Source: Eledone cirrhosa
Taxonomy: Eukaryota
Assembly (NCBI GenBank): GCA_964016885.1
Contig: OZ024740.1
Coordinates: forward strand, 122,450,001-122,514,000
DNA length: 64,000 nucleotides
Direction: 5' to 3'
This document shows positions 26,355 to 38,515 of this stretch, piece by piece (positions within the stretch are counted from its first letter, which is position 1; each line of letters begins with the position of its first letter). Position numbers and translations under genes: made by a program. The notes under the pieces are model-generated. The model did not search any database. It had not been told where the DNA came from and was given only the letters and a program-made list of their open reading frames with translations.

Positions 26355-26700
26355 TGTTGGTCTTTATGGTGCTGCAGTTGTCCTGGACACCGAGGTAGGC
26401 AACACCAGGGAAAGTCTCACAGCTCTCCATGAATTTCTGTCCATAGTATTGACATCAGTCAAGTTCCATTTATACAAATCACTCTTCAGGCACTCCATTC
26501 ACGTCTTCTTTGGTCTGCCGTGATATCTAGTGCCATGGATTGCCAAGTGAGTGATGTAGTTGATGCATGACGTTGCTAGCTGTACATATCTGTACCAATG
26601 GAGATATTGTGTGTGAAGGACAACAGTGATCTCATCCACACCCAGCTTCTGGTGGAGCACGTTCAAAAGGATCTCATCTTTCAATCTGGTGCCACAGATC
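26355..26700 (-). mobile_element. RTE LINE 3' relic
   Basis: Minus strand: LGVDEITVVL..LHWYRYV..GRPKKT, ending ..CCCTGGTGTTGCCTACCTCGG. Confidence 0.55.
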
Positions 26701-27009
26701 CACTTAATATAATTATATGCCTAATCATGGCATATAATTATATCATTAAATATTATTTTTATAATGAATAATATACCAATAATCAGAGTGGTGCCTCAGC
26801 CATGCCCTACAGACAAAATGGCAAAGGTAGTACTGTGGAGAATGGCTAATGACATACGCTCACAGTGCTCCCTTCTCATACAGAAATGTACTTGATATTG
26901 GTGAAATTCCATGTCCATTCTGCAGAATTGCATTCGATATATTCGAATTTACAATAGTGTCTTCAGCTAATTGGAGGTAGAATATATTCAGAAAAATCAG
27001 TCTATATAT

Positions 27010-27337
27010 GGAGGCACATGGCTTAGTGGTTAGAGTATTGGCCTTGCAATCGAAAGGTTGTGAGTTCAATTCTCAGACCGGGTGATGTGTTGTTTCCTTG
27101 AGCAAGACACTTTATTTCACATTGCTCCAGTTTACTCAGCTGTAGAAATGAGATGATAGGGACTGGGGTCCATATCATTTCACTGCAAAGTGGTCGTGGA
27201 GGTACCACGGCAAAAAAGCACCCAGCACTCACTGTAAATGAGGTTGGTGTTAGGAAGGGCATCCAGCTGTAGAAATCAAGCCAGAATCAGTTCCCGTCCC
27301 ACCCTTGCAAGCAGGGAAAAAGCGGACGTAAAATGAA
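27010..27337 (+). mobile_element. Full-length tRNA-derived CORE-like SINE with RTE-type 3' tail
   Basis: A box TGGCTTAGTGG, B box GAGTTCAATTC, CCTTGAGCAAGACACTT core, tail GTTGGTGTTAGGAAGGGCATCCAGC..GGACGTAAAATGA shared with RTE 47100-47263. Confidence 0.85.
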
Positions 27338-29769
27338 ATGAGAATTTACCTAGGGGTACACAACAAATATAAAGTGTATTACACTCTGTATAGTTTCAAA
27401 CATTTATTAGAGCAGACAATCTTGATAAAGGCTCATATGAAAATGAATATCACACAGTTATGTATACACACATACTCTCTCTCTCACACACACACATACA
27501 GAAAAACGTACTCAATTTCCTTGAGAAAGGAATAATCCAAACTCCATTGATTTTATTTAAAATTTTATATAGATAAACCTTGTTGCTAGTTTACTTAATA
27601 TGCAACAAATGTGCAAAAGCACTCATTCTTGTCGTGTTGTTCTAAAACACAAATTGAAAATAGCTAGGGAACCTGATACAAACCATTAATGTGTTTGTTT
27701 AAGCACTTTGATGGAAACATACTTTTATTAAGTGATGACACTTGTATTTCTTTACCTGTGGTAATTTCATACTATTTTGAAAACAAGAGCTCATCAAATC
27801 GTTTTATGAAAGTTAATTACAAATAATTGCTATAATGTATCATTAATATTTTAATATTTTCTTATGTTTTTTTACTGTGAAATAATTTCATCTCTGAGCA
27901 GCAAACTCCATTTGCAAAGGTGTGAATTTAACACATATAATGAAACTAAGTATGCATGTTTATTTTTGCATGCATATAAAATATCAAATTAATTCTTTGT
28001 AATATTTATCAATTTGAAGCCATTGTCCTCTATTATAATAACAATAGTATGATTAGAAGTAGTTTTCAACAGAAAGGAATTTAAATATGAGGTAGAAAAT
28101 TTGGATAACAAAAAGAGATTCTGCAGAATTAGAGCAGTACCAGAGCAATATTTTATTGGAGAAGGTGCTAATTGAAAATGAGTTAAAGAAATGGGCATAA
28201 GAAATAACCAGTGTGGAATTTTTGAAAACCACTTGACATGAGAATGAATGTGTTAGTAAATTCTGTGGATTAATTGTTTCATTATTTAGAATAGAGTAGA
28301 AATATTTTGTACGGAATTACTATCAATTTGAAATATCTATTAGTTGTAATTTAATTCAAAAAGATTGATTAAACGCGATATACAATGTTAGTTTTAAATA
28401 GCATGAAACAAAAGTAAACATTAGGAATGAAATAGTTTTTCAGTATGTCTTCCTTTAATGATTAACAGTAAGTCATGATTTTACAGATGCTTTTATGTCA
28501 TCTTAAACAAATGATGCTTGCAATAGCAGCTTCAGAGATGTCACATTTGTCAGTAAAATACAACTATATATTTGTGAAAATCAAATGTGTTTTAATGACT
28601 AGCCTTAAAGATGTAAATTTTATTGATATTTTGTTTTTTCAAACTGTTATGTTCATAGAAATTCATGTAAAAATTCTGTACTTATTACAGTTTTAATGAT
28701 TGATAGATCTGAGAAATTCTGGTATAATGTTTTAATGGCATCTGAGAAGGTTAATGCAAATTTGTAAGCGTTTAATCCAGAATAACCTGAAGCAATTTTA
28801 ACTATGGTTGCATTATATGTAATTCAAAGGCATTAGAAATTTTTCCAAAGGCAGAAATTAAGATTTCACTGTTGTGATATATTTGAAATCATAATCTCTG
28901 AAAAGATATTAACTTATTCTCTTCCTGGTATATATATATATAAATATATAAATATATATATATAAATATATATATATACCTTTAATATACAAACAGTTTA
29001 GTTCACTACAAATAAACAACAACAAAGAACACAAAAATATCTTTAGTTTCGTTACAATGTATACCTATCTTTCCCTTCCTTATTTCTTCTTATCTTCATA
29101 TGTTTATATTCAATTTATTGTATAAGAATTGAAATTAACTTACCACTAAGTGTATTAAAAGCTTCAGTTATGTTATTCTCAATTATCATTCAACCATATA
29201 AACATCATAGGAAATTATAATTCAACTTCTGAAATAGTTATGAAGATGTATATAAATTGTTTTGCATCAGAAGATAAACATTCAAAGATAATTCCTAAAG
29301 CTGAATTCTTATTTTAATTATATAGAATAAAGTTAGGTACATCAACTTCCTTTGAATGTATTCAATTTTGCCACACACTTTTCTATGGGCAGCATATTTG
29401 GAGAATCATTAGAACCTAGGACAAAATACAGAAGATATGATATCATGTGGTATTTGTTGGTCAAATTCTGCCACAACCTATTTGGTTGGCAGATTTAGTC
29501 TATAACATAATGTATTTTGGGTGCCTTTAGCTGAGCTCACTTTGTTTTAAGCATTTTTATCACATCTCCCATTCTGAGAGCATCTTCCCACCCCACTTCC
29601 ATCCATGTTAGAGGCTCTGAAAATAACAGTACTAGTAGATTAATAACTGTACAAGTAAATATCATCATTCTCATTGCAACCAGTGGTCGATAGAACTCTT
29701 CAATGGGTCAAAATGAGGTCGATTGGGGGTCAAAATGAGGTCGATTGAATCTCACTTAGAAGATCAAAT

Positions 29770-30082
29770 TGTTGATATATGACTGTGTGGGTTTCAAAGA
29801 TAAATCATTGTTCAGAAGCAAAAACCTCTGTAACTATTGCAAAGCACTATAAATACTACTGCTAAATATTCCAAGCTTAGTGTGGTGGTTTAACTATTTT
29901 TACTTGTATTCCAAAGTTTGTGCATGGTTCAAGCTGGTTTTAGCCATGACAATGCAGTTCAAACAAAACAGTGCAACAGACTGAACCTGAAAGTGTTTGG
30001 TGACTTATAACTAAATCTCACCAATCTCCAACCAAATATCAATGTCCTTGTTGATGCTAATCAAACATATCTTCCCCATTAA
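29770..30082 (+). pseudogene. hAT (Charlie/Buster-like) transposase C-terminal relic
   Basis: LFLLVFQSLCMVQAGFSHDNAVQTKQCNRLNLKVFGDL*LNLTNLQPNINVLVDANQTYLPH* resembles the hATC dimerization end (..E.GFS..KxRNRL..DLRL.LT...P.I..L....Q...SH). Confidence 0.65.
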
Positions 30083-31459
30083 TGATGGCACCCAATTCAA
30101 TAAAAAGGTATCTTAATTTATTTTTAATGTATTTTAATACTACCTATAATATTTATGAAGTTTCTCTCTCATTATTATTATTGATGTTGAGTTTGGTATG
30201 AAAACTAGGGGTAATACAAATGTAGTGCACGTGTATAGTAAAGGGATCTAATAAATTCAGCTTGTCTGTTGGCCTGCCATTGTATATCTGTTCTGTTATG
30301 AAACTCCTTCGACACTATGACAGTAAACAATTTTTCCTTTTTATTTCCCTATGTTTCACGAGATATATTTACAGGGGCAGAGGATTCAGAGCAACAGTTT
30401 TGTAGATCATGGTATGTTGTTTCACATATTGAAAGAAGGGTTTGGTATGCAGTTTCCTGCACAAATATATAAGGACACTGCACATCTAATTAATTATTTG
30501 TATTAACTTATGTTTTGGACATGCCTGGCATCAATGAGGAATCAAGGATTCCATGAAGATGTCAAATGGTCTAAAAGTTTTAGGGGCCTGTGGTCATCAC
30601 AGTCAAACAATTCTGACAAACTATCTCCTCAATTCATGATTTACCGTTGCTCCTGACAACGACCCCCTTCTGAGGTTTATAGAATCTGAGAGTTGTGTTT
30701 TCCGTGAGTTGTTTCCCACAATAGTAGTTTGGGTATAACTTCCTACCAACTTTTCCAGCAATGGCCATGTTTGAGATATTGTAGTTGTTATCTTGGACAA
30801 GTTTCTATACATGCAAACGTACTCAATGAGTCTTTCAGAAACATAGTAGAGAGAAAGAGAAAGACAATCATGCAACTTACAGCAGGCAAAATTTACTATC
30901 GTGCACTATTTTCTAAACTTTACTTTATACAGGGAATTTTAATCTTTCCTTTCTTATATTTATAAAGGTTACTAACAGTGAGGTAATTATTTTTATAAAC
31001 TTACATATGAATTTTTAGAATAAATCTATCTATAGTTTGATATCCATCAATCTAGTAGCAACATATATTTCAGATTCTGTTAGGTTTCTATTTTCAGCTT
31101 GTCAAACTATGACAAACAGAATCACAACCTTTGACTATGAACATATGTTAATATCTGAAGCAAGGTTTTAATTATAACCACCTTCTCATGTGCAAGTTAT
31201 GAATCAAAATCCAATGACCTCTAGTATGAACTACATCACCTCCTCCCACTCCCAGACACCACCCATGACTTAACATTGTACCCATCACCTACGCCTTAAC
31301 ACAACACCCTTCACCAGCTAAGTACCCCATTCTAGACCTACTTACACCCAGTCCCACTTTCCACATCTGAGGCACCTCTCTTGATCAACCCATGTATACA
31401 AGCATGTGGTGGACACGATGAACACGCTTTCCTACAATGCTGCTAAAATAGCTAAAAAC

Positions 31460-31985
31460 TCTCAGTCCACTGCATAAGGTGGTCATGCTGGTGACACAGC
31501 AAAAGCCCCTAGTCCACCATGTAAGGTGGTCATATTGATGCCATGACAAAAGAGCACCTAGTCCACCTGGTACAGTAACATGACAAAAGAACATCTAGCC
31601 CTCCTTGCAAGGTGATCATGCTGATAACATGACAAATAAGCACCAAGTCCACACTGCAAAGTGGTCATGTTGGTGACATGACAGGAGATACCAAGCCCAC
31701 CCTGTAAAGTGGTTGTGTTGGTGGCATGACAGAAAGTCTGCTCTGTGACATGGTCAGGTTGATGACACAGCAAAGAACACCTAATCTGCCTTGTAAGGTT
31801 GGTGTGTTATGGACATAACAAAAAGTGCCCTCTCAGCACCAAGTCCAACATGTAGACTGGCCATGTTAGCATGACGACAATAAATGCCCAGTCCAGCCTT
31901 TAAAGTGGTCATGTTGGTGACACAGCTAAATGCACTCAGTTCACACTGCAAATGTGGTTAGCATTAAAAGGGCATCCAGCTGTGA
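31460..31985 (+). repeat. Degenerate ~47-bp minisatellite from an RTE 3' UTR
   Basis: About 10 units of AGTCCAC..GTGG-TCATG..CATGAC-AAAAG ending in AAGGGCATCCAGC. Confidence 0.75.
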
Positions 31986-34817
31986 ATGCCTGAAACAATT
32001 CCTTATGAGCATGACATGGTCATCTGATCTAACTTGTTTTGCAATGGGACAACTCATTATAATCCAACTGACTTTATAATCAATATACATAGTTCATATA
32101 TTAACTTTATAGATGCAAAGAAAAATTCAGAAACAGATTACCTCTACTAATTTATGCTTATTATAAATGGAGCTAATACGCTGGCATTTTTCACATTTGA
32201 TAAAAGAATCTTAGCATCTCCATTTGTCTGCAAATGGTTACTCGACTCTCCTGAGAAGTTAGAGCAGCAGATAAATGCTTAGCAATTTATATCCAGCTGA
32301 GATCAAATTTGCCTTTCCTCTTTCAAGAGTCGATAAAATAAAATACCAGTTATATATTAGAGATAGGCTTGCGACATGTCCTGTGATGGATGCACAAAGT
32401 TTGGATATCCTGAGACCCTAAAGAGGGTCGGGATGGGAAAAAACCTTAACAGTTTGATAAAGGCGACATATAGTAGAGAGTAAGAGAGAGTGAGAGGGTA
32501 GGTGAGAGTAGAAAATGAGGTGATTGTACATTTGTACATAGCATTAAACATACTCTAATATTTGTAGCAGTAACCAAAACAATCCTGTTTTCCAAATAAC
32601 TAGTTGTTTTAAATAGTATTTCAGTTTAATAGGTAGTTAAGAGATAGAAATGGAAGTGCATACTACAAAATGCTTTGTGGAATTTATGGCTCATTATGCT
32701 CTGCATTCAAATCCTGCTGAGGTAAAATTCCCCTTCCATCCATCCAGAGCTGATAAACCACAGTATCAATCGAGGAACGGGGTTGATGAGAATGATCTAA
32801 CCCTACCTACAAAAAATAATAATACAAATAACTGCTAGCCTTCTGTTTAAATTAGAATCCAATATTACACTAGTTTACCATAATAACCAGCAGCTACTTC
32901 TTAAATGATTTCTCTCACCTTTATTTTTAGCTGTTTAGCCTTTCATATTTTTATAGGCATCACCCACCAAATGTTTCAGAATATATTCAAAAACAAGTTT
33001 GACTCACAGAATTTGTCACTTAAGCTATAATTATTATGCAAAATCAACATCATACCTAAGATCTATATGTAGGTATTGAATTTCAACACTATTGTTTATT
33101 CTATAAGTTAATTTTTCTTCTTCTATATATCAAAATAAATTTCATATTTTGATGTCCTTAATTTTTTTTTTTTAATCTATGAATACAGAAATTACAGAAA
33201 TACATATAATATTAAGATATTATTCATACTTTGAGGTGAATTGTGCTTAATTAAACGTACAAGCAAGAGAAAATATTTCAAGAAAATCTATCATTGACAA
33301 GCAAAAATAAATTATCGAATTTCTGCAAATATAAATGTACTTCATTTAATGATACACAACACACATTAGACATAACTTTTACCTTGCCAACTAATTTTCA
33401 AAGATTATAACAGAACTATCAACAATTTTCCCATAAAGACTACACATTTCAAAACCTTTTTTAATGAATAAACAAATTTAAGTCAAATGCAAATATAAAA
33501 TGGTGTGGTGTGACGATGGTAGCTACATTAGGTGGGGGTGAAAGGCATCTTTACATATAAGTGTCAGTCACAAGGGTTATGTAACATTTTAATTTGACAA
33601 TTTTCAGATTATTGCTAAATGAAATGAAAAAGGAAAAGTATAAGCAAAGTAAATTCAACTACTATAGTGTAGAAATAATACTTTCATGTGACTACACACA
33701 TTTAAAATGATAGGAAAATAATGATATTTGTCTTCAGTAGTTTATGGTATTACACTTGTATTTTTAGCTACCCATCATAATTTGATTTTCTTTTTCATTA
33801 ACATATATCCACAATTTATAATTAATAAATGTCTATAAATATTAAATTTTCTAGTGTAATCGAAATATTCTAATATAGATGTTATGTTCAAAGTAATGAG
33901 GAGAAATAGGTATAAATATGACATGATTCATTCATGCAGCACCATTGCTCTTTATCGAACATAAGCCATTGACGACCCTCTGCCATCGTACACTATCCGT
34001 GGCTGCTCTCACCCCTCTACTCCAGTTGGTTTTCTGTTTTCTTAATTCAGGCTCAGTGTCATGCCTCTAGCTGCCGTAGGATTGGCCTCTCTTCCTGTTA
34101 CCTTTTAAGTCTTGTATTAAGATATATTTCTAATAAAATGATATGGCTATGAATTTCAATTCCATTAAGCTGGCATTTGGAGTAAAACTCTTAAAATGTT
34201 CTTATATAAACTTTTGATGGAATGTTTATAGATAAATATAAACACTTTAAACAATGCTTTGTATCATAGAACCAAGTCTGTTTTTAAATATTTTCATATC
34301 AAGCCTGGCTGAAAAGCTACAAATACACAGTCTCTAGTATATCTATTCTAGTATTTACACTCCTTGTTATATTGAAGTTGAAAGATTGAGGGCTCTGCTA
34401 GTATTGCACCTGTTTCTCCATGGCTTTAGGTGTAAAAAGCAGGAGATATTCATCAGTGGTATATCATGCAAATTACAGCGATTGAAATAAGGATTTAATC
34501 TAGAAAGCCACGTTTTAAATCATTAGAAATCCCTTGTGCTATTTAACATTTTTTTTTTTTTTTAACTTCGTTTCTATGTATGACAGAAATAATTTGTAAG
34601 AAACAAATAGAAGCTGATGTATCTATATTGTTGTTGTCAATTAAACATTATTTTATGGGCAGATTTAAAGACAACTATGTATTCAAATAACTGTTGTTCT
34701 ACAGATGATGTGCAATTTAAGATAACTAATGTGATTCAAAGTATTAGTGAAAGTCAGCTAAAAAAACAGATTTCTAGAACTTCATCATTCCATTCTAGTT
34801 TGTATACAAAATGGTTT

Positions 34818-35030
34818 CTGATTTAAGCACTGAGCCAACGATTTGGTGGGGAGTGGAAAGTTGATTAAATCAACCACCCAGCATTACTGGTACTCTATTC
34901 TATCGACCTTGTAAGGATGAAAGTCAAAGTTAACTTTGGCAGGATTTTAAATCAGAATGTAAAGGGATATAACTCTATGTCGTGAAGCATGGTCTCCGAT
35001 ACTCTATCAATACTGCCAATTTGCCACCCT
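34818..35030 (-). mobile_element. Older Meta-type SINE copy
   Basis: ACTGGTACT..ATCGACC..AGGATGAAAG..GCATGG..ATACTGCCAAT. Confidence 0.7.
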
Positions 35031-35628
35031 TTTGTAGCAGTCTTTTTCTAGTGTTTATACATAATGACTGCAGATATGCTGAGAGCTAATGATCTTGAGA
35101 ATATATTTATCTTGAAATGAAATATATTCTTTCACTTATATTTTTTCTCAGATATAGAAGTTATATAAATATATAATTGCACCTTGACTTTATAATGACT
35201 GATTATTTCTTGCAGTCTTATATGTCAATTAAATAAAACTCTTGTATATGACTTTTTTCAGCGACCACAATATGATTTTAATTCAGTGAATAAAGGATTG
35301 CATTAAATATTGTTCAATATTTAGTATGAGGAAAGAAATACGAGACAAGAAACTTTCTGAAACCTCCTGCAGAGAAAGGCTTACAAACCATCACTAACTT
35401 GTGAAACACTCGTGTGCATTTATGTGGACGTATGCAGGCATCTATGTGTGTTCAATTATTCAAAACAAAGGCAACTCATTGTATCACACATATATGATAA
35501 GCATCTTTAATTAAGTGATGTGTAAGAAAAGAATTACATAAAAAGGCTCCAAGCACTTACAGGGGAAAGGATCTGTAGAAAAGGAACACTAAGAAAGGCA
35601 TGAAATAAAATGTGAAGAATTACCTTAA

Positions 35629-36158
35629 CCCTTTAGCATTTAAACCAGCTGCATCATCATCATCATTTTACGTCCGCTTTTCCCTGCTTGCAAGGGTGGG
35701 ACGGGAACTGATTCTGGCTTGATTTCTACAGCTGGATGCCCTTCCTAACACCAACCTCATGTACAGTGAGTGCTGGGTGCTTTTTTGCCATGGCACCTCC
35801 ACAACCACTTTGTAGTGGAATGATAGGGACCCCAGTCCCTATCATTTCATTTCTACAACTGGAGCAATGTGAAATAAAGTGTCTTGCTCAAGGACACAAC
35901 ACATCACCCGGTACAAGAATTGAACTCACAACCTTTCAGTTGCAAGGTCAATGCTCTAACCACTAAGCCCTGTGCCTCTGGCTAGAATTCTCTCACCTCT
36001 TTTTGTTCAAACAAGCCATAACTCGTTACTTATACTTTTGTTAAGGTATGTTCTCAAAATAATTAATATCAAAATCTCATCGATTGCATATTAAGTGAGA
36101 TAAAGACTTTACCATCAAAATGAAATAGCAAATATAGAGTAATGTAAATGCTAAAGGG
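35629..36158. mobile_element. piggyBac-type MITE (TTAA TSD, 14-bp perfect TIR) carrying a nested SINE
   Basis: TTAA|CCCTTTAGCATTTA ... TAAATGCTAAAGGG|TTAA. Confidence 0.85.
35652..35978 (-). mobile_element. CORE-like SINE with (ATG)n tail nested in the MITE
   Basis: Reverse complement of the 27010-27337 family. Confidence 0.85.
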
Positions 36159-37861
36159 TTAAGAAACTGAATATCACAAAAGTGATGACAAACAAGCTAT
36201 TTTACTTGTGATAAATCTTTAATAGATGAACCCACCCACCTATAAAAGAATAGTCACAAAATATATAAATGTAGTAAGACATCAGTAGCTATAGTGTTGG
36301 CAATTAAAAGGAAACAAAATAGGGTGTGAAAGGACCCTTCTACCTGAACAAGTATGTGATAACCTCTACAGTTTATAAAATGGTAGTAATGATGCCATGG
36401 AAAACCACACCCATTACACTATGTAAAATTGTTGGTGTGAACATGAGTATCCAGCAATAGAATCCAAACAGAATAGGGCACATGTAGGCAAGATATATTG
36501 CTCCAAACTGTCTGGTCTCTCATTCTGTCAAATCATCCAACTAATGCAAGCATATGAGGCAAATGTAAAATAATGATGATGATTAATTCAATAATTGATT
36601 TTAAATTGGAGAACAAAGCAAAATTGTAAATTATATCATGTATAAGTACCTCCCAAATTCAATATTGTAGATCTCTCAATTAAATAAATAGATTTCCCAA
36701 ATTATGTTTTATGTTTACAGGGTGCATTCATTTGTTTATACAATGAAATGGACCAATTGCATTTTCCGTGAGGTTTCCAATTTTCATATCATTGGGACAC
36801 ACTGCTAACGAAACATCAGGGAGATTCAGAAGTATGACTCTCTGAATTAAAGGTACATTAGTTTCCAGCAACTCAATTTTACTCATGAAACTCAGACTGA
36901 GTCAGGCTAGGATAAATTCGAAGACAAAACATGTAAGGTGAAGAGCCACATCCTACATATGAATATCAATGGATAGTCTAACAAAACATGTCAGATCTAG
37001 AGAAGTAAGACTTCAGAAAAATCCTTCTTATCATTATTTCATGCAAGAAGTTCAGGTTAATTAGATGACCTCAGTGTCATGAAGACCAGCAGCTTCACCT
37101 GATCAACTATTAATTCGACAATAGTTTGGCCTAACTACTCCACTAAGCAGAGAACTCTATGGGTATGTAGGTGTAGCAGAGCACATATATTCTAATCATT
37201 GGAAAAAGCAATTTTTTTACTTCTGATGGATCGATGACTCAAGAAGATGGTAAATTAAACTTTCCCAAGATTGAACATGGGACATTACATTTGCAATGAA
37301 AGCATCTGTATCATTTAGGCATGCTGTATCCACTATTTCTAAGTAGATATTAAAGAATTTATCAGCTTCATTTATTTTTTCCTTGGTGATTTTTCATATG
37401 TGTTTTTCACACTTTGTGAGAAATTATTCTTGAAGCAAATGGGAAAACCTGATTAACTGATTCCGAATTGAATATTTTCTGTGAAATATCCAGAAGCATT
37501 AGCAGATTTATTTTAATAGAATTATGTGACAATTTCTAATAGAATACTAATTACATGGAACATTGTAGCCAAATGTTCATTAGTTGGAAATCAGGTAAAT
37601 TGTATTTGAAAAGGAGATTGTTTTCAGAAAATTATAAGCTCTTAATGCTAAACAATTAACACAGATTCAGAATAATAGTATGAAAGATATCTCACCATCG
37701 TTTCAAGTTGAATACACCAGAATGTAAGAACTTAGGACCAATGCTAACAAACAATTTCAACAAAGGATTCTTAGTCCCTTATATGTTATATATATATATC
37801 ATCATATAATGTCTGCTCTCCCTGCTAGTTTATGCATATCTATCTATCTATCTATCTATCT

Positions 37862-38195
37862 TCATCTTCATTTTTACATCCGTTTTTCCCTGCTTGCAAG
37901 GGTAGGACAGGAACTGATTCTGGATTGATTTCTACAGTTGGATGCCCTTCCTAAAACCAACCTCATTTACAGTGAGTGCTGGGTGCTTTTTTGCTGTGGC
38001 ACCTCCACGACCCCTTTACATTGGAATGATAGGGACCCAGAGTTCCTATCATCTCATTTCTTCAGCTGAGTAAACTGGAGCAATGTGAAATAAAGTGTCT
38101 TGCTCAAGGAAACAACACATCAACCGGTCTGAGAATTGAACTCACAACCTTTTGATTGCAAGGCCAATGCTCTAACCACTAAGCCATGTGCCTCC
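37862..38195 (-). mobile_element. CORE-like SINE
   Basis: Reverse complement of the 27010-27337 family. Confidence 0.85.
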
Positions 38196-38196
38196 A

Positions 38197-38255
<59 letters not shown>

Positions 38256-38515
38256 TTTCTTTATTAACCACAAGGGTTTACATAAAGTAGACATTAAGGA
38301 CAGTGCAGGACAATGCAGGACGGTACAAATGGGCATTTCTGCGTGTAAAAAAACAAAAACAGAGGATGTAACAAAAATAACAATGAAAATAACAATGAAA
38401 AATTCCCCAATAGGGGGGAGACTTCGGAGGGACATTTGTGGAGAAAGCCCAGTGAAAAGCCACAATGACCCTGACCACCAAGGCAAGTGCCCTCTCCCAG
38501 TTTTCCACCTTTAGT

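Noticed and set aside
27010-27080. tRNA gene
   Set aside because: A and B boxes are present but there is no proper cloverleaf; it is a SINE head continuing into core and tail
31460-31985. CRISPR-like array of palindromic repeats (also 46751-47161 and 62057-62310)
   Set aside because: Units are contiguous or degenerate with no unique spacers and no cas genes; they are RTE 3' UTR and Helitron minisatellites in eukaryotic DNA
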